From IMG/VR virus record IMGVR_UViG_3300029621_000179: DNA of 64,000 nt; one strand, 5' to 3'. This stretch comes from a virus. Its lineage: Duplodnaviria > Heunggongvirae > Uroviricota > Caudoviricetes. The notes under the pieces are model-generated. The model was not told the origin of the DNA and ran no database searches. It was given only the letters and a program-made list of their open reading frames with translations. Shown here one piece after another: positions 19,729-28,103 of this stretch (the first letter of the stretch is position 1; the number at the start of each line of letters is the position of its first letter). Position numbers and translations under genes: made by a program.

Positions 19729-19759
19729 TTGATATTTGACCGGTTCAGAGTGATATATG
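19729..19759 (+). promoter_or_regulatory. variant copy of repeated phage promoter (GGCCTTGATA-N-TGaTATATG)
   Basis: Shares the GGCCTTGATA...AGAGTGATATAT core with the copy at 22957; the leader contains CTACCGAAAAG. Confidence 0.4.
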
Positions 19760-19820
19760 TGCTACCGAAAAGAACATCGGGATGCACAAAAACAGAAGAA
19801 AACGAAAGGGGCAATGAATT

Positions 19821-20912
19821 ATGTTGAAATTTGAATTGAACATAGCAGACCGTAAGACACTTGCAAATCGCATGGAGGAGCTGACGGGTATCCATCCTTA
19901 CTACACCAGAGCACCGCTGTATGCTTATGACATCGGCAACTACACCATCGACCGGGACGGCAATCTTCTGGTCGAGCCGGAGAATGCAGATGCCGAGCTG
20001 CTGACGACCCTGCTGAATGAGGGACTGATCCGCGGCGGCGAGAGCATTGAGAGCACGGATGACCAGCCGGAAAACACAGAGCCGACCGAGAATTTGACAG
20101 CGGAGCCTGTGACCGAAGAGGAGCCGGATGATACGGCAGAGGATGGTGCAACAGAGGATGAGCCGGATGCAGAGGAATCGGAAAGCGAAGAGCAGCCGGA
20201 AGCAGAAGACCAGCCGGAAGAAGTGCCGCTGGATCTGGAACTTGCTTTCCCCACCAGCCAGCATAACGGCGTGAGCCTTCGCAATCTGGTCAACCTCATC
20301 TACAGCCGGGGCCGACTCATCAGCAAGGCAACGGGCGGGCACTTCCATGTGGAAACCGACCTGGTCGAAACACTGCGGGATGACAGCTGTACTTACACGG
20401 TGGCAAACTTCATCGAGGCGCTTAAGAGTTACGAAGCACAGTGCGGAACTGCGATGGAAGGTCTGGTGATCACAGAAGAAAAGGTTTCCTTCACAGGATT
20501 CCCGACGGCTTCCGACTATGATCATCTGACGGCTTTCGGTCACCTTGCCATTCTGATGAACCAGCAGGCGATCAGCCAGAAGCGCATCCAGGCAAAGGAT
20601 GTCAACGATGAGAATGAGAAGTATGCACTCCGCACATGGCTCCTGCGGCTTGGGATGAACGGTCCGGATTTCAAAGAGACCCGCAAGATCCTCATGGAGA
20701 ATCTTTCCGGCCATGCGGCTTTCCGGACGGATGAGGAAGCACAGAAGTTCCTTGCAAGGGAAAAGGCAAAACGGGATGCCCTGAAAGCCGCGAAACAGGC
20801 GGCACAGAACAGCAATCCTGCCACTGGGGAAACGGCCGCACAGGATGCAGCCCAGCCGACACAGCCCGACTGTGGGGTGGATACGGCGCAGATGCTGGAG
20901 GCGGGAGCGTAA
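19821..20912 (+). CDS. amidoligase-like paralogue (divergent N-terminus, acidic linker; C-terminal half homologous to 21145..22083)
   Basis: The C-terminal half aligns with the downstream amidoligase (HFHVE vs VHIHIG; EKYALRTWLLRLGMNG vs DKYAMRCWMLRLGFIG). The N-terminus is different and there is a poly-acidic stretch. Confidence 0.45.
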   Translation: MLKFELNIADRKTLANRMEELTGIHPYYTRAPLYAYDIGNYTIDRDGNLLVEPENADAELLTTLLNEGLIRGGESIESTDDQPENTEPTENLTAEPVTEEEPDDTAEDGATEDEPDAEESESEEQPEAEDQPEEVPLDLELAFPTSQHNGVSLRNLVNLIYSRGRLISKATGGHFHVETDLVETLRDDSCTYTVANFIEALKSYEAQCGTAMEGLVITEEKVSFTGFPTASDYDHLTAFGHLAILMNQQAISQKRIQAKDVNDENEKYALRTWLLRLGMNGPDFKETRKILMENLSGHAAFRTDEEAQKFLAREKAKRDALKAAKQAAQNSNPATGETAAQDAAQPTQPDCGVDTAQMLEAGA

Positions 20913-21068
20913 GCTCCCAAGCCCCCAATGGGGGCCGGAAAATAAGTGAGACCCTCTTCCATTGTACCGATATTAACTCTGAAAATGTACATTATCAAGC
21001 AGATAAACCGCAGAAATGTACACGATCATTCTGCCTCATATTTGTCGAATATATGTTCTTTTATATCC

Positions 21069-21097
21069 TTGCTATTATCCGCACCTGACGGTAATAT
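21069..21097 (+). promoter_or_regulatory. repeated phage promoter copy (TTGCTA-17-TAATAT) + conserved leader
   Basis: Same hexamers, spacing and GCACATACCGAAAGGG leader as the copies at 26895, 27566, 28186, 28779 and 29262. Confidence 0.5.
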
Positions 21098-21144
21098 GCA
21101 CATACCGAAAGGGAAAACAAGGAAAAAACAAAGGAGAACATACC

Positions 21145-22083
21145 ATGAACGATAAAACAAGAGAGCAGATTGAAGCCATGAAAAACCAGACCATCGGAGT
21201 TGAGATCGAGATGAACAACATCACCAGAGAAAAAGCGGCAAGAAAGGTTGCCGAGTACTTCGGAACCAGAGCATGGAACGCCGCCAGCGAGTACGGATAT
21301 TACAGCTGGGCTTGCAAGGACGGACAGGGCAGGGTTTGGAAATTCCAGAGGGATGTGAGCATCTACGGACCGGACGCAGAAAAATGCGAACTGGTCACCC
21401 CGATCCTCACCTACGACGACATCGAGTCCCTGCAGGAAATCATCCGGCTGCTCCGCAAGGCAGGCGCAAAGAGCAGTCCAAGCCGCGGATGCGGGGTCCA
21501 CATCCACATCGGCAAAGGCGACCACACCGCAAAGACCATCCGCAACCTTGTGAACATCATGGCGGCACACGAACAGCAGATCGGCAGAGCCATCCGGATC
21601 GACGCAGGGCGTACCGGACAATATTGCCGGGTAGTCGACCACCGCTTCCTCGACCGGCTGAACCGCGAGAAGCCGACCACCATGCGCAAGCTGGAAGACA
21701 TCTGGTACGAAGGCAACGGTTCCAGCTGGGAAAACCGGAATGCCCACTACAATTCAAGCCGGTACCATATGCTGAACCTCCATGCCACCTTTACAAAAGG
21801 AACCATTGAATTCCGCCTTTTCCAATTCGCAGACCCAGCGGACGGAAAGCGTAACGGACTGCATGCCGGTGAGATGAAAGCCTACATCCAGCTTTGCCTC
21901 GCAATGAGCCAGCTTGCCAAGATGGTCAGAACGGCAAGCCCGAAGCCCCAGCAGACCGACAACGACAAATACGCAATGCGGTGCTGGATGCTCCGGCTGG
22001 GATTCATTGGTGAGGAGTTCGCAACGGCAAGGGAAATCCTTCTGCGGAATATGGAGGGCAACGCAGCATGGCGCAACAAATAA
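21145..22083 (+). CDS. putative amidoligase (Amidoligase_2 / glutamine-synthetase-like fold)
   Basis: N-terminal Glu-rich strands (IGVEIEMNN, ELVTPIL) and GCGVHIHIG resemble the Pfam Amidoligase_2 family; it neighbours AIG2/GGCT genes as that family does in Firmicutes. Confidence 0.55.
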   Translation: MNDKTREQIEAMKNQTIGVEIEMNNITREKAARKVAEYFGTRAWNAASEYGYYSWACKDGQGRVWKFQRDVSIYGPDAEKCELVTPILTYDDIESLQEIIRLLRKAGAKSSPSRGCGVHIHIGKGDHTAKTIRNLVNIMAAHEQQIGRAIRIDAGRTGQYCRVVDHRFLDRLNREKPTTMRKLEDIWYEGNGSSWENRNAHYNSSRYHMLNLHATFTKGTIEFRLFQFADPADGKRNGLHAGEMKAYIQLCLAMSQLAKMVRTASPKPQQTDNDKYAMRCWMLRLGFIGEEFATAREILLRNMEGNAAWRNK

Positions 22084-22151
22084 GCGCCAGCTGTACGGGC
22101 ACCTTTTGGGCGGGCAACCGCCCTTGAGGTGGTAGAAGGAGGTGCAGATTT

Positions 22152-22388
22152 ATGAAAAGCACGTTAAAAAATGAAAGCACACCGGGCGGCAGGACCTTTA
22201 AGGTGACCATCACCGAGACCTACCAGAGAACGGTGACCATTTATGAATCCGAAATGAAAGAGCCGACCGTGGAGGAAGCCCAGCGAGTGGCAGAGGACTG
22301 GTGGCAGGACAGCCAGATTGAGCTTGGGACAGATGATTTTCAGGGCGTGGAATTCACTGGCAGGGAGGACGGTGAGGCGGATGTTTGA
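22152..22388 (+). CDS. small hypothetical acidic protein
   Basis: 78 aa ORF with RBS GGAGG; it overlaps the next start by 8 nt. Confidence 0.35.
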   Translation: MKSTLKNESTPGGRTFKVTITETYQRTVTIYESEMKEPTVEEAQRVAEDWWQDSQIELGTDDFQGVEFTGREDGEADV

Positions 22389-22902
22389 ATTGATCAGCCG
22401 AAGCCCATCCAGATATTATCTTGCCTACGGAAGCAACCTCGACATGGAGCGGATGGGAAAGAGATGCCCATATGCTGTAGTGGTCGGCACGACCGAGATC
22501 ATGGGCTACCGGCTCCTGTTCAAAAAGAGCAAGACCGGCTGCTATGCCACCATTGAACAGGACGCCAATGAAAGCGTACCGGCAGTGGTCTGGAAGCTCT
22601 CGGAATATGATGAGCTCCTGCTGGACCGGTACGAGGGCTGCCCAAGATACTACTACAAGAAACAGTTCCAGCTTCCGGTCTGGAACCTGAACGGGAACCG
22701 CATGAAAAAGGCAAAGCCCTGCATCGCTTATGTGATGCACGAGGACCGGCGGCTTGGCTGCCCGGATGCCGAGTATTTTGAACTGCTGCGCGGCGGATAC
22801 AGCGACTGGGAATTTCCGCTGGACACACTGAAGCGTGGACTGGCAGCTAGTATCGGAAGGGCGGAAGCCATCCGGTATCTGAAGAAGCAGCAGATGATGT
22901 AA
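22381..22902 (+). CDS. AIG2/gamma-glutamyl cyclotransferase (GGCT)-like protein
   Basis: YLAYGSNLDMERM is the hallmark YxAYGSNL motif of the GGCT/AIG2 fold; ~173 aa. Confidence 0.7.
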   Translation: MFELISRSPSRYYLAYGSNLDMERMGKRCPYAVVVGTTEIMGYRLLFKKSKTGCYATIEQDANESVPAVVWKLSEYDELLLDRYEGCPRYYYKKQFQLPVWNLNGNRMKKAKPCIAYVMHEDRRLGCPDAEYFELLRGGYSDWEFPLDTLKRGLAASIGRAEAIRYLKKQQMM

Positions 22903-22956
22903 GAGTACACGATCAAAAGCAAAAAACATTGTGCAGTATATGATGCTCATCGGCCT

Positions 22957-22986
22957 TGATAAATCAGGGCAGAAGAGTGATATATA
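22957..22986 (+). promoter_or_regulatory. variant repeated promoter copy (TTGATA-18-TGaTATATA, extended -10)
   Basis: GGCCTTGATAAATCAGGGCAGAAGAGTGATATATA followed by CCATACCG; it lies upstream of the second GGCT-like gene. Confidence 0.45.
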
Positions 22987-23032
22987 CCATACCGCCAGAC
23001 AAGAGCGGAGAAAACCGAAGGGAGAGATTCAA

Positions 23033-23512
23033 ATGAAGAATAAGAAATATTACATCGCCTACGGCAGCAACCTGTCGGTGGAGCAGATGGCATACCGGTG
23101 TCCGGATGCAAAAATTGCAGGGCAGGCGGTGCTGGCAGGCTGGGAGCTTTTGTTCCGGGGCTGCGCCACCATCGCACCGAACCCGAAGAAGAACACGCCG
23201 GTTCTGGTGTGGGAGATTTCGGAAAGGAACGAAGGAAACCTCGACCTCTATGAGGGCTACCCGAATTACTACCGCAAGGAAGACCTGAACATCGAACTGC
23301 TCCGGGAAGGGGCAGAACCGGAGATGGTGACCGCAATGGTATATATCATGGAGAACGACTTCGGACGCCGCGCACCGAGCCGGTATTACTACAAAGTCCT
23401 GCATGACGGCTACAAGGCATTCCACTTCCCGATGCACATCCTCGAAGGTGCGCTGAAGGAATGCATGGATAAGGATGCCGCCCAGCGGATGATCGAGGAG
23501 GTGCAGGCATGA
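23033..23512 (+). CDS. AIG2/GGCT-like protein (second paralogue)
   Basis: N-terminus KKYYIAYGSNLSVEQM; the same fold motif as the first paralogue. Confidence 0.7.
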   Translation: MKNKKYYIAYGSNLSVEQMAYRCPDAKIAGQAVLAGWELLFRGCATIAPNPKKNTPVLVWEISERNEGNLDLYEGYPNYYRKEDLNIELLREGAEPEMVTAMVYIMENDFGRRAPSRYYYKVLHDGYKAFHFPMHILEGALKECMDKDAAQRMIEEVQA

Positions 23513-23976
23513 ATTTCGCAGATCAGAAAATGGTCAAGAAGTTGAGAAAAGAGTTCCCGGTCGGATGCCGAATCGTCCTCGATGAGATGGATGACAGGCA
23601 GGCACCGCCCATCGGAACGCAGGGAACCTGCAACGGGGTCGATGATGCCGGAAACATCTTGGTGAATTGGGACACCGGAAGCCATCTGAACATTGCCTAC
23701 GGCGCGGACAGTTGCCACCGTGTGGCAACGGATGCCGAGGTCAAGGTGTCGCTCGACCACCTTGGTAAAACGCGACAGACCGGCCCACGTTGCCCCAGGT
23801 GCGGAGCAAAGCCTGACTGCTACGACCATCAGCAGCAGGCACTCAGCCGAAGGGCGGACATCCAGATCTGCAACCGCTGCGGAACGGAGGAAGCGTTAGA
23901 GGACATTGCATGGGGCGGACAGCAGAAGATGCATCTTGCAGACTGGGCAATTGTGAAAGGGGGTTGGGTCGAATGA
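23509..23976 (+). CDS. DUF4314 domain protein with C-terminal zinc ribbon
   Basis: FPVGCRIVLDEMDDRQAPPIGTQGTCNGVDDAGNILVNWDTGSHL fits DUF4314; a CPRCG...CNRCG zinc ribbon follows. Confidence 0.5.
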   Translation: MNFADQKMVKKLRKEFPVGCRIVLDEMDDRQAPPIGTQGTCNGVDDAGNILVNWDTGSHLNIAYGADSCHRVATDAEVKVSLDHLGKTRQTGPRCPRCGAKPDCYDHQQQALSRRADIQICNRCGTEEALEDIAWGGQQKMHLADWAIVKGGWVE

Positions 23977-24344
23977 AAGTTCTTCTGATCAAACCGATGG
24001 AGCATCCGCAGGTGGTTGACATTGAAAACTCCCTGAAAGAGTTCTACCGCATCCTCGACTGCGACTGCATCACAGCCACCTACCCGTGGGAAGAACGCGC
24101 CGCCCTGGTCACCGATGACAACGGGCTGTTCACCGAGAAGCCATTCAGCCGATACATTCCGGAGCTGGAGCAGCCCATCAAGGGAAACTTCTTCATCTGC
24201 GGATTGGGCGAGGAAGATTTCGCAGAGCTGCCACAGGACCTGATTCAGAAATTCAGGGAACGCTTCTGGGTGCCGGAGGCATTCGTCAGCATGTTCGGGC
24301 AGATGGCAGTCATCCAGATGGATGACGGAACGAAGCCGGAATAA
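23973..24344 (+). CDS. DUF3846-like protein
   Basis: MKVLLIKPMEHPQVVDIENSLKEF... resembles the DUF3846 N-terminus; RBS AAAGGGGG. Confidence 0.4.
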   Translation: MKVLLIKPMEHPQVVDIENSLKEFYRILDCDCITATYPWEERAALVTDDNGLFTEKPFSRYIPELEQPIKGNFFICGLGEEDFAELPQDLIQKFRERFWVPEAFVSMFGQMAVIQMDDGTKPE

Positions 24345-24416
24345 GATACCACAATCAGAAAAAATACCCTCTCGGCCAGAAAAGACCGGGAGGGCTTAGT
24401 TTAACAGGAGGAGCCT

Positions 24417-24608
24417 ATGGGACACAGAAAGATGCCGGCTTATGGCGAGAGGGAACACGGCGGCAGATACATTCTGGATGAATACGAATGGTCAAGAAAC
24501 CACTGTAAGGCGGTGACCATCCGCAGATGGAAAAGGGACCTAAAAAAGAAAGCCAGAGCGCATAACCGCAGGGTGATGCATCAGGCAATGCAGGGCGAAG
24601 CCGATTAG
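24417..24608 (+). CDS. small basic hypothetical protein
   Basis: 63 aa ORF; RBS AGGAGGAG. Confidence 0.3.
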   Translation: MGHRKMPAYGEREHGGRYILDEYEWSRNHCKAVTIRRWKRDLKKKARAHNRRVMHQAMQGEAD

Positions 24609-24614
24609 ACGGAA

Positions 24615-24650
24615 AATGGGGGCCTCAAAAGAATGGGAACCCCCTTCCAG
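24615..24650. terminator. candidate bidirectional terminator between convergent genes
   Basis: GGGGG...CCCCC stem with T-runs on both strands (CUUCCAGUUU on plus; AUUUUCC on minus). Confidence 0.3.
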
Positions 24651-24661
24651 TTTACTGTATA

Positions 24662-25062
24662 TTACCTCTGGAAAGCAACGATAGCAAGGAGAACCGCCGC
24701 CATAATGTACACAAACATCTGGCAGCGGTTTTGTGTATCATACCAAACCAAAACGGGGGATACGAGGCAGAACCCCAGCTTCTGCTGGGGGAGCCTTTTG
24801 GGATTCCTTAGAAGAAATCCCAAAAGGCTCATGCCGACCTCGTTCAGTCGTTCCTCCATGCTGTGGTAGTGCCAATCTTCTTCCTCTTCTTCGTCCTCTT
24901 CCTCAAGCTCTTCTGGGAAGGGGTCGTGCCGCCATCCGGCTTTCTGGTATTCTTCTTCCCGGATGTCGTTGCGGTCGTAAATATCCAGCTCGTATTCTTC
25001 TTCAAGCTCTGCGATGCGGTTTTCGATTGCGGTTTCAACTTCTGTAATGGTCTTTTTCATGG
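24662..25062 (-). CDS. acidic protein with C-terminal hydrophobic (membrane-anchor-like) segment
   Basis: RBS GGAGGA on the minus strand; MKKTITEVETAIENRIAELEEEYE..., then a poly-Glu run, then a C-terminal hydrophobic stretch; the only minus-strand gene in this region. Confidence 0.4.
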
Positions 25063-25209
25063 TTTTTGTCCTCCGTTTTTGGTTTGGTTTTCTTTGCTTT
25101 CGTTGTGTGTATAATGCCGCAGAAACACATATATAGCAAGTCAATCAGGGGTTATATATGTACCAAACATGAGGGGCAAAGATCGTTGATAATATGACGT
25201 TTTATGGCC

Positions 25210-25238
25210 TTGCTATCACAGGGCGGTGACGGTAATAT
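25210..25238 (+). promoter_or_regulatory. repeated phage promoter copy separated from its gene by the IS insertion
   Basis: TTGCTA-17-TAATAT plus an ACAGCTAC leader (as in copy 26895); the IS left end begins 41 bp downstream. Confidence 0.5.
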
Positions 25239-25292
25239 ACAGCTACAAAAAGCAAAGGAGTGGTGTTAGAATATAAATAGTACAAAATAAAC

Positions 25293-25643
25293 ATGACCAT
25301 TTTCAATAAATATTATATGATAGTCATAGATCAAGAGAGGAGAATGGTTATGGCAAGAGGTACAAGGTATTCACAAGAGTTTAAGGAAGATGCAGTAAGA
25401 TATCGTTTGGAGCATCCGGAGGTTGCACTTCGTAAGTGTGCTGAAAATCTTGGAATTAGTGAATCTGCACTGAAGAGTTGGATGAAATCAGCAAAGGAAC
25501 ATGAAGGAACTGTTCCGACCCGTGGTTCAGGCAATTACGCAAGTGATGAGGCCAAAGAAATCGCACGTTTGCAGCGAGAGTTACGCGATACGAAGGATGC
25601 ACTTGAAGTATTAAAAAAAGCAATCGGTATTCTGGGAAAATGA
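25293..25643 (+). CDS. IS3-family transposase OrfA (HTH)
   Basis: RBS GAGAGGAG; helix-turn-helix N-terminus (LRKCAENLGISESALKSW) and a leucine-zipper-like C-terminus; slippery A_AAA_AAA at 25613-25619. Confidence 0.8.
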   Translation: MTIFNKYYMIVIDQERRMVMARGTRYSQEFKEDAVRYRLEHPEVALRKCAENLGISESALKSWMKSAKEHEGTVPTRGSGNYASDEAKEIARLQRELRDTKDALEVLKKAIGILGK

Positions 25644-26563
25644 CAAAAACTCTTTACGCTGCTACATCTAGATATGTAGAAGAAATCAACAACCTGCCTG
25701 TGAAACGTCAAGTTTCTGTCAGCGGGATACTGAAAAAATTGGACGTTTCACGATCTGGTTACAATGCATGGAAGAAACGGGTTCCTTCGGACACGTCTAT
25801 TCGGCGAACCGTTTTAAAAGAAAAAATCCAAAAGATTTATGATGATTCACATCAAAACTATGGTGCTCCTAAAATTGCAGCTGAATTACGAAAATCCGGA
25901 GAAAATATTGCTGAAAAAACAGTAGGAAATTACATGCGTCAAATGGGAATAAAAGCCCAATGGATCAAGCCATATACTCAAACAACCATTGACTCTGATC
26001 TCAGCCAGGAACTAAAAAATATCTTAAACGAACAATTTAATCCAGAACATCCAGATGCTGTATGGTGCTCAGATATCACTTATATTTGGACGTATGAAGG
26101 ATTTGTGTATCTTACAAGCATTATGGATCTATATTCCAGGAAAATCATTTCCTGGGTGCTGAGTGAGACGTTGGAGGCATCTCATGTAGTAAAATGTATT
26201 GAGAAGGCAAAACAGTCCAGACATATTGAAAATCCTCTGATTTTCCATTGTGATAGAGGATGCCAATACGTATCCGAAGCATTCCGTAAGGCAACAGAGG
26301 GAATGCTTCACAGTTATTCCAAGAAAGCTTATCCTTGGGATAATGCCTGCATAGAATCGTTCCATGCCCTTTTAAAGCGAGAATGGATTAACCGTTTTAA
26401 AATTTTCAACTACACTCATGCATATAAACTGATTTTTGAATATATCGAGACGTTCTACAATACAGTCCGTATTCATAGTCATTGTGGATATTTATCTCCA
26501 AATGAATATGAGGAAGAATATCTAAAAAATCTGGAAATGAACGTAACATACTTAGCAAGTTAA
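25640..26563 (+). CDS. IS3-family transposase OrfB (DDE/rve integrase core)
   Basis: DDE region DITYI...FHCDRGCQYVS...ESFHALLKREW in the -1 frame relative to orfA. Confidence 0.8.
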   Translation: MTKTLYAATSRYVEEINNLPVKRQVSVSGILKKLDVSRSGYNAWKKRVPSDTSIRRTVLKEKIQKIYDDSHQNYGAPKIAAELRKSGENIAEKTVGNYMRQMGIKAQWIKPYTQTTIDSDLSQELKNILNEQFNPEHPDAVWCSDITYIWTYEGFVYLTSIMDLYSRKIISWVLSETLEASHVVKCIEKAKQSRHIENPLIFHCDRGCQYVSEAFRKATEGMLHSYSKKAYPWDNACIESFHALLKREWINRFKIFNYTHAYKLIFEYIETFYNTVRIHSHCGYLSPNEYEEEYLKNLEMNVTYLAS

Positions 26564-26637
26564 CAATTACATAAAAAAGGAAAATTGGTTGCATTTAATT
26601 TGTACTTTTTCTTGACATAGGACCAGAGGACAGCAAA

Positions 26638-26814
26638 ATGGCTGATTGGAGAACATGGAAAAAAGGGAGAAAGACAACATGGCACTGGAACGAATTCGAT
26701 GGAAGCGGAAGACGGGAAGGAATCATCACCGAGGTTCATGAAGACCATGCGATTATGGAAGCAGACGGCATGCACCTCTGGATCGACGATGACACGGCAG
26801 AGATGTTCAGCTAA
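26638..26814 (+). CDS. small Trp-rich hypothetical protein (58 aa)
   Basis: ATG after AGAGGA, just downstream of the IS right end; probably the gene originally driven by the promoter at 25210. Confidence 0.3.
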   Translation: MADWRTWKKGRKTTWHWNEFDGSGRREGIITEVHEDHAIMEADGMHLWIDDDTAEMFS

Positions 26815-26894
26815 GAAAACGGGGAGGGAAACCTCCCCGGATAAACACATAAATCCTCCAGATCAGGGGGCAGATGATCGTGTACTTTAGCCGC

Positions 26895-26923
26895 TTGATA
26901 GTATCCGGCAGTGACGGTAATAT
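26895..26923 (+). promoter_or_regulatory. repeated phage promoter copy (TTGATA-17-TAATAT)
   Basis: Preceded by the conserved ATCGTGTACTTTAGCCGC. Confidence 0.55.
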
Positions 26924-26953
26924 ACAGCTACCAAAACGAAAGGGGCAAAGAAC

Positions 26954-27160
26954 ATGGAACGCTACACTTACGAGATCACCTTTACACGGCTGGATGGACA
27001 GCCGGATGAAATCCAGCAGCACACCAGCGAGGAGCTGGCAAGAGAATGCTTCCGGCTTTTCGATGAGCCGGACAGCGCAGAGATGTACAGCAAAATCGAA
27101 CTTAGCTGCCACGACTGGGAAACAGGCGCGGATGAGATTCTGGAAACGATGACATTTTGA
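26954..27160 (+). CDS. small acidic hypothetical protein
   Basis: 68 aa ORF preceded by the leader and RBS AAAGGGG. Confidence 0.45.
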   Translation: MERYTYEITFTRLDGQPDEIQQHTSEELARECFRLFDEPDSAEMYSKIELSCHDWETGADEILETMTF

Positions 27161-27175
27161 GAGGAGAACAAAAAC

Positions 27176-27436
27176 ATGACCTACACAAAAATCAACCTTT
27201 ATCTTGCAAACGGAATTCCAGAGGCACTCAGCAACCTCTGGTACGGAAGCGACAGTGCGGTGGTCGAGATCAGGGATGCCGTTGAGGATGCGAAGAACGG
27301 CAAGGACCTTCTGAACCGCATCCAGAAGATGAAGCTCCTTCGGAAATTCACCCTCGACAGGGAGAACGACAAGCGCATCCGCTTCAAGGGAACGGACTGC
27401 TGGCGCAACGTAAGCTACCTCGAAATCATCCGCTAA
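27176..27436 (+). CDS. small hypothetical protein
   Basis: 86 aa ORF; RBS GAGAGGAG; co-transcribed with 26954. Confidence 0.45.
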   Translation: MTYTKINLYLANGIPEALSNLWYGSDSAVVEIRDAVEDAKNGKDLLNRIQKMKLLRKFTLDRENDKRIRFKGTDCWRNVSYLEIIR

Positions 27437-27457
27437 AGGCAAGACCGACAGGCGCAA

Positions 27458-27483
27458 GGGGCTGGAAATGACCAGCCTTTTGC
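27458..27483 (+). terminator. intrinsic terminator
   Basis: GGCTGG-aaatga-CCAGCC followed by TTTTG. Confidence 0.45.
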
Positions 27484-27565
27484 TCGTGTCTGTCTTCCGA
27501 AAGCTGGCATGAAAAGCACATAAATATGACAATTACAGGGTCAAATGATCGTGTAGTTTAGCCGC

Positions 27566-27594
27566 TTGATAGTGTTTCGAGGTGACGGTAATAT
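27566..27594 (+). promoter_or_regulatory. repeated phage promoter copy (TTGATA-17-TAATAT)
   Basis: ATCGTGTAGTTTAGCCGC upstream; the leader GTGCATACCGAAAGGGGAAAAC...ACGGAGG follows. Confidence 0.55.
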
Positions 27595-27638
27595 GTGCAT
27601 ACCGAAAGGGGAAAACAACAAAAACGGAGGATACGACA

Positions 27639-28088
27639 ATGACGAAGAACGAAGACCGCATCAATAAACTTTTCAAGGAACTGGTACCGGATACGGGCAA
27701 GGCAGACAGCCTCGCAGGGGAGCTGGTAAGGGCAATGAGCCGCATCGGATACCGCTTTTACAACGACGGCGACCAGCTGGGCATCGGCTACGGCAAGGAA
27801 ACCTGCAACCCTGCAGGGCGGTTCCTTGGAGCCAAGGGCAACGACAAAATCGCTAAACTGACTGCAGATGCCTGGGCAGTCTACAGCGAGGAAGCCTACG
27901 AAAAGGTTCTGGACATCCTTTGCGGAGCGGTTGCCGACTATGTTGAGCAGAACCCAGACCTTAGAAACCAGCCGACCGAAGATATGTGGGACTTCAAGGA
28001 TGAGGAAGAAGACCAGGATGACAGCTGGGATGAAGAGGAAGATGACTGGGGCGAAGAGGAAGATTACGAGGACGAAGAAGACTACTAA
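27639..28088 (+). CDS. hypothetical protein with poly-acidic C-terminal tail
   Basis: 149 aa ending DEEEDQDDSWDEEEDDWGEEEDYEDEEDY. Confidence 0.5.
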   Translation: MTKNEDRINKLFKELVPDTGKADSLAGELVRAMSRIGYRFYNDGDQLGIGYGKETCNPAGRFLGAKGNDKIAKLTADAWAVYSEEAYEKVLDILCGAVADYVEQNPDLRNQPTEDMWDFKDEEEDQDDSWDEEEDDWGEEEDYEDEEDY

Positions 28089-28103
28089 GCCAGAGAAACA
28101 CAT

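Larger units (their letters stand above)
25279..26606 (+). mobile_element. IS3-family insertion sequence (~1.33 kb) with imperfect terminal inverted repeats
   Basis: Left end AGTACAAAATAAACATGACCATTTTC and right-end reverse complement AGTACAAATTAAATGCAACCAATTTTCC; it contains orfA and orfB in a -1 frame relationship. Confidence 0.75.

Noticed and set aside
24615-24650. Possible tRNA or attachment site near the convergent-gene junction
   Set aside because: No cloverleaf-compatible sequence was found, and the GC hairpin is adequately explained as a bidirectional terminator.
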